Positions 51,681 through 64,000 are shown, numbered from the stretch's first letter. The stretch is DNA of 64,000 nucleotides from Camelus dromedarius (GCF_036321535.1 NC_087437.1:4960001-5024000); one strand, 5' to 3'. Notes: generated by a model not told the origin, from the sequence alone. Numbers and translations are program-made.

Positions 51681-52433
51681 AGAAGGGCCTCTGAGACCCG
51701 GTGTTTTAAGGGCCCCTGAATCCATTTTTTTCATAATAACACACCTTTGGTCCATCATGCCCAAGTCACAGCATCTCTGTCCAGTGGAAGTTACGTGTGT
51801 CAGCAGTGGTGGGTATCTAGAACTCTATATGATTGACACCATCTCAGTGGTTTTCAGGTTACAGTGAGTTCTCAGGAGGTCCAAGTGTTGTTGATGTTGT
51901 TGTTGTTTTTAATAATCTCCTGGGTTATTGTTATCTCTTACATAGAGATAGTATTTAGGAAAAGTTTTGATCCACATGTAAATAGTCCCTTCTCTTCCAA
52001 ACATGTGTCATTCATCTGCTCAATCGTTCTGCACTCTTTGGTCCCGTTGGTGCTATGAGAGGTCCCGGTGTCAGGCAGAAGGGGTGCTGGTGTCAGGGAA
52101 AGAGGCCTCCCGCCCTGCTGCACACGCCTGTCAGCGTGCACGCCTAGACGCTTACAACACCGTGGACCATGGTGGGCAGAAAACAGGTCTAGGAAAGCAC
52201 AGAGGAGGGACCTGGCTGCTCAGCCTCAAGCAAGAGACTCGGGGAGAAATGTTGGAAAAGGAGGTGTTAGAGCCTGCTAAGATGCTGCTTTGGGGAAAGA
52301 ATACCAAAGAATCGAGTTTGGCTTGTTTGGGAGGAAAGATGTAATCTGATGCTTTGCACTTTATGAAATTCTTTCACTTTCAAATACCAACGTGTCTCAT
52401 CTCCTTTCTCCAGCGAAATGAATGCTGTCTCTC

Positions 52434-52545
52434 AGTGCTTCTCAAAGTGTGGTCCCTGGACCAGCAACACAGCCATCCCTTGGGAACTCCCAGCCACACA
52501 AATGTAAGAGCCCCACCCCGGACCTCCAGAAACTGAAAACCACAG
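52434..52545 (+). mobile_element. MER5A-like fragment
   Basis: cagtgcttctcaaagtgtggtccctggaccagca. Confidence 0.7.
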
Positions 52546-52938
52546 ATGCGGTTCCACAAATGCAGCTTTGAGAAGGAGACAGAAGCCTGTCCTTTCATCC
52601 ACATTTTTAAAAATTATGATTTCAGGGGAAATATTGAATCTAAGGTATAAAAATATCATAGCTGGGCTGAGAGCCAGCCTGAGCAGTTCTGGTGGAGAGA
52701 CCAGTACTCCATAAAGAGGACCACCAAGGCCAGGCGGGGCGGCTGCTGCCTGCCACCCATGAGCACGTACTGACCAGGTGAATCTAAGCCTTGAGGAGTT
52801 CAGGCCCCCAGTCTCCTTCTCTGAGATAACTGTACTTGGCCAGAGCTACCTGAGGCCAATAGCTAAATATAGAGATTATCTTCTGAGAATGTGAGTTACG
52901 TCAGACAAAGTATAATGGGTAATAAAACTGTATGATGA

Positions 52939-53100
52939 GGGGAGGGTATAACTCGGTGGTACAGCATGTGCTTAGCATGCACGAGGTCCTGGGTTCACTC
53001 CCCACTACCTCCATTAATAAATAAATAAACCTGATTACCTCCCCCCACCAAAAAAAAACCCAAAACAACAACTACAAAAAACAAACCAACAAACAAAACA
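52939..53100 (+). mobile_element. vic-1-like SINE
   Basis: GGGGAGGGTATAACTCGGTGGTA...GGTTCACTCCCC head followed by an A-rich tail. Confidence 0.85.
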
Positions 53101-53939
53101 GAAGCATAACACCTAGAGGGCCGCTTGAAAAAAAAAATGATAAAAATTTTGTAAAAACATGTAAAAACTTTTCACTTCTTTCATGACTCCCAGAAAATTT
53201 TAAACAGCCCACGTAGCTCACACTTCTGGCTTGCATTGTATTTCTATTAGACAGCACAGGTAAGGTGTGTATGGAATGGAGGGTGGGCAGGAGACAAAAT
53301 GTGACCCTTTTTTCCCTCTGGCTCTGAGCAGGAGCGTGGTGGGTGTCCAGACCACAAATCGTCATTTTTTATTCATGCGTCATTTGTGTTTATGTAGTGA
53401 AGACAGCTGGATGATACTGGCTGATAACCATCATGCAGCAAACATCTTTCATATCCTTATTCAAAAAGCAATTTTTCAATTCTAGGAACCAGACTTTGTG
53501 ATCGGAGGAGAAGGCATGGATCGGTCAAAACTAGAATATACAGTGGTATATACCCCAAATAGCCACTCCCACTCCCCCACCTTGACTGCTTCTGACATAG
53601 TTAATTCAACAGGACGGTGTTTCCTTCTGATCTCAGGCACAGCACCGGGGTCCTTATCCACACCAGCTGAGAAGCTGTGTAGCGAGGAAGAGACGCTGCC
53701 ACAGTGCAAAGCTAGGTCGGCCTGGCTCCAAGACCGGGTTTCCTCATTATGCCACGCAGATTTGCACTTAATAACTTGTGCACACTTATAGTTTTATTTC
53801 CAGTTCAAGTCAATAAACTGTCCTTCTGATTTATAAATCAGCATCTTATAAATTTGGTTGGTATGAGTCCATCCCCGAGAGACCAAACGTCTTTTTGCTA
53901 CGTTGGCAAACTTGAATATCTGATCTTATCAACAAAAAG

Positions 53940-54940
53940 CCCGTTTCTCGGGTGTTTTGGGGAGAGGGAGGCCTTCTCCAGGAGCTTTTCGCCGCATGCC
54001 AGGCCTGATGACATCTTTGAACACAACAGGTATGGTCCTGCCATCCAGAGTGGGGACATTCACTGTACAGCCACACAGAGCCTCCCAAAGAGTGATCCTG
54101 GCTGGGCAAATGACGTCAGAGCCATCTCTCTTAAAGACATTGTGTGGCTTCTCCTTTAAAACAAAGACAATGTCAGCTGGAATGTTGTTGGAGGTCTGGT
54201 CTCCTTCCTTGGGGAAGGTGATTTTGGTTCCATCTTTCCACCCCCGCTTCACTTCGATGGTCAAGATTTTGTCTTCTTTGCAAATGCTCTTTCCATCAGG
54301 GTTCAGCCGCTTATGAGAGATTTTCATGTTCTTGTTACAGCCGCTCTAGATCTCAAGTGAGACCCTAAGGTCGTGGGTGGCAGGGGGATCTTGCTGCTTT
54401 TGGGTGGACTCTTGGGCAGGACGGGAGCAGCCAAAGTTTATGTTGGTGAAGCCACCCATGTCCATGGGGAAGCCAGAGAACGGGTCATCAATGTCCATGC
54501 CTTCCTCCCCGCTGCGCTGCCCAAAAAAAGGTGTCAAAGGGATTCCGGCCACCGAAGAACTCAGCAAACATGGCATGAGGGACTCCACAGAATGTGTAGT
54601 GAAAGAGATACAGTTAGCAGCACCGCTGCTCCCGCCGCTGGGGCCACCGCCTTTCAGGCCTTCCTCCCCGCAGCCGTCCGAGGCCTCGCGCTTGCGCCGG
54701 TCGTTGTACACGTCCTAGACCTTGGCGATCTCCTTGAACCTCTCCTTGGCACAGGGCTCCTTGTTCTTGTCTGGGCGGTAACGCAGCGCCTGGCGGCGGT
54801 AGGCCCTCTTGATCTCCCAGTCCGACGCACGTCTGGTAATAGTCCTTGCCCGTTGCCCTCCCCTCCCCCTCCCCCTCCCCCTCTCCCCCACTGCCTGCAG
54901 CCTGCCACCCAGCTGTGAGGGTCCCCTGGTCCCGGACTCC
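53940..54940 (-). pseudogene. DNAJB1: Processed pseudogene of DNAJB1 (Hsp40), 3'-truncated
   Basis: Fragments GKDYYQT, EIKRAYRRQALRY(R)PDKNKEP, GEEGMDIDDPFSGFP and MKISHKRLNPDG...GEGLPLPKTPEKR are contiguous with no introns. Start codon is ACG (54853-54851); there are frameshifts and TAG stops, and HPD has become RPD. Confidence 0.95.
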
Positions 54941-54959
54941 AATATATGTATTTTTTATA

Positions 54960-55480
54960 GTGAGAATGTTGACACTGCTGCTATTCCAAAAAGCTTATGC
55001 AGCCAGAAGGCAGATTTATCAACCTGAATGAGTGGTGTGACCAAAAGGGTGATGTCCCAGAGGAAGTGACACTGAGAAAATGTCACAGTGAAAGAACTCT
55101 CAAGGATATTTGAAAGTGCAAAGGATAAAATATTGGAGGCTGATCTAAACTTAGCAAGGACACGACAGTTTGCCAAGACATAGAAAAGACGCTCTGAAGG
55201 GCATGCTGTTCAAACTGCTCTCAACAACAGTTTTATAGAGATAAAATATTTCATCAATGTTTCTGTTTTAAACAACCATCTAGTAAATAAATATTAGTTT
55301 TTATTTTTAAATTATCCCTTTACATTTACAACTGAAAGTAAAAGTTTTTAATGTTTTGGCAAGGTATTTTACAGAACAGTTGTAATTTATCCCATTGATT
55401 AGTAAGACTGCTTTGCACCGTTCTAGTTTGCACGGTCAATTTTAGGCTCCTGAACTACCGTGCAAAGTGAGGACTGCCTG
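54960..55480. mobile_element. Half of a TcMar-Tigger family element
   Basis: Ends in TIR ccgtgcaaagtgaggactgcctg (55458-55480); internal gatgtcccagaggaagtgac and aaggataaaatattggaggctgatc motifs. Confidence 0.7.
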
Positions 55481-55619
55481 TCTGTGGGTAAAACAAGAAG
55501 AAATCCAAAATGGCAGCACTGCACTAATGCTTTGGCAATGCAAGTGTATTTTAAAGCGTGATTGGGGTTAGAAAAAAGATAAAAGATGCAATAATATTGC
55601 AGACCCATCTGCCAATGCA

Positions 55620-56460
55620 CACCTACAACTCACATAGCTATTTCAAAAGTGTGTGACACATCTGAGACACAGGCGATCTGGGTATTTCTCTACCTGAAGG
55701 ATGAGAGCATGAAAAGGACAGGATGGAGAGCAGGTGTGAATCCCTAGGTACCATCTCATCCCTGGAAAACATGGCGGCCAACATCAAACTATCTTGACAT
55801 TTGCTTCCTTAAGGAAGGAGTCTCCACCTATTACAAGGCTACTGGCTGCAGGTCTGTCAGGACTCTTGCTGGGCATTTCTCTTGGCTCTGCCTTCTGCTT
55901 GCATTTTGGCTCTATTTCAGGCTGGCGCCAAATCACGACAGCTGTACCGGCCACGGCATCCAAACGCCACGCTGTCCAGAGACAGATAGGGGCTGTCTGT
56001 TTCAGAATCTCCTTCTCAGGCATAAGGGGAGGCCCTCCAGCCCATTGACCAGAACTGGACCACATGGCCACTGTATCAGTCAGGGTTCAGCATGGACAAC
56101 AAAAGCCATTCTATGCATTCCAGATATAAAGGACTCAACACAGAATTGGGGCATACACGTCTCCTGGGAGAGCCAGAGGGAGCAGAGTTCAGAAACTCTA
56201 TCCTCAACGATCAGAGGAGTTGACCCTGAAACACCTAAGTGTGTATGTAATTCCGCAAGTTTGTGCCAGGAAGCTGCTGACAGTCTCTCATCTGCCTACC
56301 TATCCAGCTCCAACCATCTCCAGAGGAATAACACCGCCCTCTTTGCAAATCTTGCCCCGGATTCCTCTTATGAGCAATAATCTGAAACAGGCAGAGATGG
56401 TGACTCTGGGAAGCATGGTTCCTGGACTTAGAAGGGAATGATAGTGGAACCACACTGCTG
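55620..56460. mobile_element. Degenerate MaLR/ERVL LTR fragments
   Basis: ccattgaccagaactggaccacatggcca; tgtatcagtcagggttcag. Confidence 0.55.
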
Positions 56461-57055
56461 GCTGCAGACAACCCAGCACACCCATCCCTACACCAGCCCC
56501 AGCAGAGGGAACAGGACACGGTGACCGGCTTAGGCCATCAGGACCTCCCGTTAATCCTGGGAGTGGGGTCAAGTCACGCTCAAGGAGGACTGACACCCAT
56601 CCCCACTCCCAAACCAGTGCTGGACCAGGAAGGAAAAGGAGGAAAGGGGCTGGTGAGACAACTAGCCGCACCCACCACGTGCTGGCCACACCATGATTGT
56701 CATTTGCTTTGCAAATAAACATATCAGCAACCAAAGTAGCTAGCCATATATTTTAAAGAAATGTGCTCTGTAACATTCACCATGCATACCTGTTATTACC
56801 CACAAGGTACAGTCTCCTGCAGGCAGCTCAAATCCCTTGCTAAATTGTAAAATTACAGTCAGCTGATTGGTAATGGATAGCGTTAGTGCATTCAGCCAAA
56901 AGTTAAAGCTCCTTTTAGAAAATTCCTCCATTAGCTCTTCTCTCTCCAGGTAACTGGGCAGATTTATTTGTCTGCTGCTTCTTTATTTGCTTTCCCAGCA
57001 CCTCGAGCATATCCTTGATTTAGTGAGCTTATTTCTACGACTCCAGTTTACAAGA

Positions 57056-57365
57056 TCAAAACCAAAAACAGACTCACAGACATAGAAAACAAATTGTGGT
57101 TACCTAAGGGGAAAGGGCGGGGGAGAGGTTAAATTAGGGGCTGGGGATTAACAGACACACACTTCTGTGTATGATAAAATAAACAACAAGGTCCTACTGC
57201 ACAGCACAGGGAACTATATTCAGTACCTTGTAACAACCTACAATGGAAAAGTATATGAAAAGAAAAAATATATATGCATGTGCATATAAAAGTAAATCAC
57301 TTTGCTGTACACCTGAAACTAACATTGTAAGTCAACTACACTACAATAAAAAAATGTTTTAAAAA
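57056..57365 (+). mobile_element. Artiodactyl L1 3' end
   Basis: acagactcacagacatagaaaacaaa...gctgtacacctgaaactaaca; TSD tttacaaga (57047-57055 and 57366-57374). Confidence 0.85.
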
Positions 57366-58094
57366 TTTACAAGACCGACCATCCCCCTTCCTGCAGCTTA
57401 TCTTTCTGATCTCCACTGGGCTGTTGTTTTCCATCCCAGTTAAGGCCATTCCAGTTTCCTCAGAGACTGGGGTTGGTGGGGGGCAGTTTTCCCCTGGGAA
57501 AAGGAAAGCTGGTGGCTGTGAAGCCATCTGGGGGCCCAAGAAAAGAATGCAAATTTCAAGGATGTTAATTGCTGATTTTCTCACCCAGGCTGTTTACCGT
57601 AAATCCTTTTTGTAAGAAAGGACTGAGGACCAGCCTTTTTTTTTTTTTTTTTTTTTGCAGGGGGGCGGGGGCTGTGGAGCTGGGTAATCTGGGAGAGTTA
57701 TGTATGTGCAGGTGCCAGGGAGTGGCTTCTGTTCTAGAAGGGCCTCAGCATTTCCTCCCACATGACTCCTCCAATATGCGAGCTGCATATATATTTATAA
57801 CTCTGCTAAAAAAGTGAACTTTATTAGCAGAGATAACTGTCATCATTCAAGCAACTGCATCCTGTAAAGGCAGCAGGATAATATATGTTCCGTCCTCACC
57901 TGCAAGTGGAGGGGAATTATGAGTCGCTACCTGGACATAAACAAGGAAGGAGGTGGGGCTAGAGTTGCCTGCCCCTGGGGGGAACCTGAGGGGCCTGCAG
58001 AACATGTCCAAATACTTCTCTCAGGGAGTTGGTCTGTCCTCAGGGTCAGGACTTCATCATGCATTTTTGCATCCCAGCATCTTGGAATCTGAAA

Positions 58095-58175
58095 AACATA
58101 TGTATATGTATATATATGTATAACTGGATCACTTTGCTGCACACCTGAAACTAACACTGTAAATCATTGTTAGCG
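58095..58175 (+). mobile_element. Tiny L1 3'-end fragment
   Basis: tataactggatcactttgctgcacacctgaaactaacac. Confidence 0.7.
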
Positions 58176-59944
58176 ATTGGAGGAGCCTTCCATCAATGTT
58201 TGTTGAGTGAATGACTGAATGAAACGGTCCCTGGAACGTGCAATGGTGCCTGAATTGTTCTCTGCGTGTGTACTTCTCCCCTTCCTGTTCCAACATGTAT
58301 GCTAAAGCAGCGGAGCCATAGCTGTGCAACTGGAGAGCCCCACTCACCATCACTGTCAGACGGGGGTGCTCCAAGCCGATGGCTCTCACCCTAGGCGGCA
58401 CCTTAGAGTCACTTCGAGGGTGTATGGAAATCCCAGTGCTCAGGCCTAGACCTCAGACCAGAGGTTAAAATCAGAATCTCCCAAGCCCAGGCCCAGGCAT
58501 GGCATCTAAGCCCCAGGGTTGAGAACCACAGCTCTAAGCGGGCAAGGAGGCTGCCCTGGCTCAGGAACTGGGGACCTGGATGACATTGCTTGGTACAAAA
58601 CGGTGCCAGTGCCACGTTCCCGGGGCCCAGGTGCAGATGGAAAAGAAGTACTTCTGACGGGACTTAGGAATTTGTTTTCGTGCCCCTCTGGAATTTGAGG
58701 AGGGGAGGGTGTATCACATGTCTTGGGAATGCAGAACCCTTCACACAACAAAATGATGCCATGCTGGGAAGAGACAGGGAGCCACTGGGTCTCTCTCCTG
58801 CCCTGGTTAGTGACCCCTCTCCAGCCTCCAGGCCACCACACACGTGGGCTTGGAGCTTGCTGCCCTGCTGCCCCGCTGCCTCAGTCCCTGCCCCCACCCC
58901 CACCCCAGGTCTCTCTGGTGACCTCATACCGCCCTGGGGGAAGGTTGGGGAGAGGTGGGTCACAGCTGTTTTGGTTTGGAGCCATCTTTTGGGGAGGGGG
59001 CCGCTGAGCTGTGACTCAGGAAATTCTAAGTCGCCACACGTAGCAGCGAGTGTGCGTGTCCGTGGGAGGTGAGGAAGGCAAACAGAGGGCTGAGAACCAT
59101 GCCAGGAACCTGCCGGCTGGATCATCAGAACTGCCTATAAATAACCAAGGGAGCGGCGAACGTGCTGGCGAAGTTATTTTGTAAAACGGTACAGAGGCAG
59201 AATCAGGGCTTCCCTTGAGCAAATCTTCAAGCTGGTCCAGGAGACGGAGCCCAAGTACAGAATACCTGTCTGGCGGTGGGACCTGATAGAAACAATTTCT
59301 CCAGAGAACTGAAAGCTACTCTCGCAGATGCCAAGAAACCCGACCTTTCAATTGCGCAAGGCACCTTCTTCTCCCGTGGGTGTTATCTTCTCCCCTGAGG
59401 CAGTGAACCACATGCATAGTCACTGATCGGCTTTTAGAGGTCCAGGCAGCAAACCCAGACTTCCCCTGAATCGCCCTTCTCATGAAGCCTCAGGCCAGAC
59501 CCCAAGACAGGCCGCGGGGCCCCGGCTGAAGGCCAGCAGAGAGTCTTGCTCCCCTGGGTACGGACCAGGCCTCCAGTGCGTGGACTTCATGACAACTCTT
59601 CCCCTGGCTTTGAGCCCTTTCAGGCAGCCACACGCCTAGATACATTCTGAGTAGATACTGTTACTGCAAGTCTGGCCTGGGTAGAGGGTACTGAAATGAG
59701 AGTATGATCGTTTCTCTTACCGTTCTGAAAATTGACTTCAGTTTTTTTGAACATCTTCCAAAGACTCATAAAATGGCTCCTATTTCATGGCTTGAGAATA
59801 CACCATGGAGAAACAGCTCAGGAAAGTAACTGAAAATCATCCACACCCAAGTGTGGTCTCGTTTCTCCAACTATTTAGTGCACAGTCCTCTTCTGCCCTG
59901 GGACCCTAGCCATGGCAGTGGTGACGTATTGAGTGGAAGATTTA

Positions 59945-60093
59945 TTTTAACTTATTTTTGATTTTTCTTTGGGGGGGGCGGGTAATTAGATTGGTTGGTT
60001 GATTGATTGATTGATTTAATGGAGGTACTGTGAATTGAACCCAGGACCTCATGCATGTTAAGCACGTGTTCTACCACTGAGCTATACCCTCCC
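59945..60093 (-). mobile_element. vic-1-like SINE with (GATT)n
   Basis: Same family head in reverse orientation; degenerate flanking repeat. Confidence 0.85.
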
Positions 60094-62744
60094 TGTTAGT
60101 GGCACATTTAAAGTAAAACATCATACCATTCGTCCCACAATCAGCTCTTATGAGACTTACATCATCATAGACCTTTAAGGAAAGAAAAGAAAAAAAACCA
60201 ACCTGTGTGTTGTGGAAAATTTTGTGCAAAACCCTGCGTACCTGACTCCGTTGTGAAACTCCCCCACGCCTAGTAGTTTAGAGGTGTGGGTGAAATTAAG
60301 CCCACTGCTAAATCAAGCTCTTCTACTCGGTGCATTGCTGAGCCTGCGAAGGGAGTGGGATGCTGTCAGAGCCGCCACATCAAGACCTGACGAGGAGAGG
60401 GAGCAGCAGATCTCTGCCTGCTGCGGAGATGCGACAGGCAGGGGAGGCAGCCCTGTAGGCCTCCCCAGGCCCTGTGCTGAGGGCCCCGTGATTATTACCC
60501 AGAAGGACAAATGCGGTTCACAGTTACAGCTTCGGTCATTAAGGAAAGTCTACAATGATGGCCACATGGCTTTTTTGCCCCAAGGCAGAGAAGTGTGTAA
60601 TACATTTCAGAAAGCTTTACATCAAAGAATGGTTAGGTAAAGCTCGTTTGACGTTTCTGTAATGAGAGGCAACTTTATCATAGCTCTGTAGTTGTAGTTT
60701 GACTAACAAAACCATCAGCAAATATGTAAGCAAATAAACACTCTTGATGGAAAAAAAAAAGGATGGTTAGGCATGGACATTTAAAATGGTAAATTCGAAT
60801 TATCTGGGAAAACCACTGAGGCAGATTCTCCAACTGCAATTAAAAGGATGGGGAATGAAAAGGAAAAGAAACCAAGTGTTCAGTTCCAGCTGTGTTACTA
60901 ACCAGCTATGGGTCTGGAGCTCAGCTGTCTTACCCTTCACCTGGAAAGGGGCCTTGATTTACGCTGTCTGGTTTGGTGCTACACACGGCTATTTACGTTT
61001 AAATTAATTAAAAATAAATAAGATTAAAGATTCAGTTCCCCAGACACATTCCAAGTGCTCGATAGCTTGCAGGAGGTGAGCGGGTACTGGATTGGAAAGT
61101 GCAGGTATAAAGCATCGCACAGAGATCAATTGGTCTGCCCTGACCTAGCTCCTGAGGAGAAGATAGGTTTCATCTCTAGTGCCACTGTCTACGGCTGGAT
61201 GGTGGTGATGGAAAATGGCCCGGGCTGTCGGCTTAGGCTGGGAGCCATCCCTGCCCTCTCTGAGAGCTGCTCTTTCCTTCTCTTCTCTCTCTCTCTCTCT
61301 CAGGAATCTGATGCTGAGATTCAGATGCAGTCTCTAACCGTGGGTGCTTTGAGTGGCCACATGACCTCAAGCAGATTGGAGACACAGAGAAAGCCTGACT
61401 GCCGGGAGAAACAGTGAGTCAAGCAGGCAGAAACACACAGACATGAGGGACAGAGTCTTGATGGCTTTCTGGTTCCTGGTGCCTGAGATCTCACTGCAAT
61501 CTTGCATTTGAATTTTGGAGGACACCCTTGTGTGTTTGTATGAACTTCCTCCTTATTTGGCTCAAGCTGGCTCCAGTTGGTTTCTATTACTTGTAATGGA
61601 AGAAACTGCTATCTAAACCAGGAGTAGTTTCTGAGAATGGAGAACTCCAAAGCTCTATTCAGACTCTGCAGAAGACAGTGATTGATTGATGATGTCTGCC
61701 ATGGGCACAGGTTGGGGGAGTTTGAGCATCTGTGCTAAATATCTGCCAACCCCTGATTCATCAGTGTCTGAGAAGAGCTTCAGCTCTCAAATTCCTTTTG
61801 TTTCCCTGGTGAATACTTATGTTTTTTCTGATAATGCTGGATGAATAAACTATTTTGTTTAATTTCCTAATGTTTACTATTAACTGTTTCCATTGCTGAA
61901 ATAAAGCACGGTAAGACCGTAGAGAGGTAATAAGCTGGAGCTATTAAGCATCTCTAAGCTTTACATAAAACGTGAGCTCTAAATCCAATACCTTTCAGCA
62001 AAATGTAATTTTTAGTAATACCAGCCAAATTTCCTAAAGCTGGTATCCTATAGGTTTTTTTTTTAAACTATCACAAGACTGAAAAAAATCTAAACAATGT
62101 CAGATGTATCAGGCAGTCAAGTGCAATTAATCTAAAATAGTTTCTTTTGATCTAAAGAAATTTAACCAAGATTTGCTTGCTTAATGATTATAATGTGTTA
62201 TGTTAGATGCAGTGAACTTCTCCCATATGACAGTTTTGATCATGCATATGAAAATGAAGGCAGGAAATTAACTGAAAACAGCTATAAGTGTGGGACCAGA
62301 GGCAACAGCTATGAGAATGCAGAGATAAAGCAAGGTTTTATAACTAGCCAGGGAGAGCCCAAGACTAAACCAGTGAGTCCAGAGACAGGTAAGAATGTGT
62401 GGATCAAGACGCACACAGATAACACGGGTCAGAATGCAAGGCCACAGATCAAAATTATTCAGGGTGAGTGCAGGAAAGACCTCCCTTGATTGCTTAAGAC
62501 CAGGGTGGTATGGAAAAATTAGGAGTGAAGCAATTTTTTCTCCTCCACTGCAAGGCTTTTACCAAGGGGCCTCTTACTAAACATTCTCCCTCCATACCAT
62601 TGTGGTGGACAAACCCACTTACACGGCCTGGATAATCTCTTTTCTTTGGGTGTGGGTGGGACTGGGGCTTGCTCCAGAACACAGCAAAGGTGAATGATGA
62701 TGTTATTATAGACACACATAGCTCTGTTTTGCTAGTCATACATT

Positions 62745-63130
62745 AGACAGACTCTGGTTACTTCCTTAAAGGAGTAACTGTCGTGTCATGAGAGGACCTA
62801 TGGAGGAGGCCACGTGGCAAGGTACTTGGGGTGGCCTCAGCAGGTGGGCCTTAGCAGCCCCCAGTGACAGCCAGCAAGAAAACAAGCCCTCGACCCTACA
62901 ACCACAAAGAGGTGAACTCCGCCAACAACCCGAAGGGGCTTGGAAGCCGATCTTACCCCAGTGGAGCTTCTGATGAGACTACAGCCCTGAGCACCTGGAT
63001 CGCAGCCGTGTGAGACCCTGAGTTTAGCTCTGCCCGGAGTTCTGCCCTATAGAAACCATGAGATAAAAATGTAGGTTGTTACAAGTTTCTAAGTTTTCAG
63101 TAATTTGTCATGCAGCAACAGAAAATGAAC
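62745..63130 (+). mobile_element. MLT1-type LTR
   Basis: ggccacgtggcaag, gacagccagcaagaaa, tgagactacagccc and taatttgtcatgcagcaacagaaaa motifs. Confidence 0.8.
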
Positions 63131-63639
63131 ACGCTCATTTCAAGCACGGTCTATTACGGTAGTTTTCGAGCCTTTCTTTTAGCTGCAGAGACCTATATTT
63201 AAGCAAAAAGCACATGTAGGCACCCAGTGTCTCCAACACATACAAGCAGAGATGCTTCATTTGTGGCTGGGGAGAGGGGGAGACGCCATGGATCCCTTAC
63301 TGGCTGGTTCTTCTGAATTTATGATGACCCAAGAGGAAACTCTGTAGAGGAAAGTCTGTAAATCAGGAAATAAATTGAGGAGAGAAGATGAGATTGCTGG
63401 TCCTCAGGCTACAGGGAAGAGATGTAGCCAGGTGACCTTCCATGATGGGGGCAGTGGATGGTGGACACACTGCCCAGAATTCTCACATTTCTTTACTGTT
63501 TCTGGTCGCCCCTCCCCTCCCCTGGCTTCAGTATGTTTTGCCTTCAACAGTCCATAGCTGTAACTCCTCTTCTCGGCACTCTCTTTGGGCAACTGGAGCT
63601 CTTCCCCAGTTTAGCAAGTAGTTTATGTCCCCTGCTGAG

Positions 63640-63890
63640 GAGGCCTTTGTCCAAGGACCGAGGGGTGGGGGACTGTGAAAACCAACCTGTGAAGCATAAC
63701 TTATGCACCAGAATTTTCCACCTGGATCATACTCCCTGCGGGACTGCTGAAATCCCACCGGCCCAGCTTCCCCGCCTCCCTGTCTTGCTTCCCCCACTTC
63801 CTTTGGGCGCCTCCTGGGAGCACTTCCTTAATAATTGCTTTGCACAGGAATCCTCATTTCAGTGTCTTCTTTCTGGGAAACTTGAGACAT
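63640..63890 (+). mobile_element. Degenerate LTR 3' part
   Basis: ctcctgggagcacttccttaataa...aatcctcatttcagtgtct. Confidence 0.5.
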
Positions 63891-64000
63891 GGGGATTTCC
63901 TGAGAGGATATATGGGCAACTGAGACATCTCAACATCTTCAAGATTCAGTGTTTGTTTCCAAGTCCCTTTTTTGGTCACATTTCCACCTGGGCTCCAGGG

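Noticed and set aside
52939..53015. tRNA-like sequence with A/B boxes (also in four other copies)
   Set aside because: These are SINE heads with A-rich tails, several with TSDs, not tRNA genes.
54111..54118. TGACGTCA CRE palindrome
   Set aside because: Explained by the Ser-Asp-Val-Ile codons of the retrocopy.
53854..54918. Plus-strand ORFs of 101-181 aa
   Set aside because: Antisense shadows of the DNAJB1 retrocopy.
62184..62489. 101-aa ORF with weak YEN/NSY repeats and two donor-like sites
   Set aside because: No recognisable homology and no convincing acceptor; compatible with chance.
1..64000. CRISPR array, operon, rRNA or other novel multi-gene system
   Set aside because: No regularly spaced repeats, rRNA similarity or gene-dense coding was seen; this is ordinary mammalian intronic and intergenic DNA.

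Overview
Mammalian genomic DNA, very probably camelid (five vic-1-like tRNA-derived SINEs, artiodactyl-type L1 3' ends). A CpG island at ~37.6-39.1 kb holds the promoter and first coding exon of ANKRD28 on the minus strand (MAFLKLRDQ|GT). Everything to the left (1-37,924) is intron 1; exon 2 was not seen. To the right is repeat-rich upstream DNA containing a hairpin that resembles human MIR563 (~47.8 kb, + strand) and a 3'-truncated DNAJB1 processed pseudogene (~53.9-54.9 kb, - strand) abutting half of a Tigger-family element. Much of the window is L1, L2, MIR, LTR and DNA-transposon debris. No prokaryotic-type system, CRISPR array or convincing novel protein-coding gene was found. The best leads are small: the miR-563-like hairpin, a candidate in-frame 21-nt microexon, a duplicated E-box 17-mer, a CRE+TATA module and several retrotransposition or repair scars. 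Gene and repeat names come from recalled sequences and need BLAST/RepeatMasker confirmation. Repeat boundaries are approximate unless a target-site duplication (TSD) is quoted.
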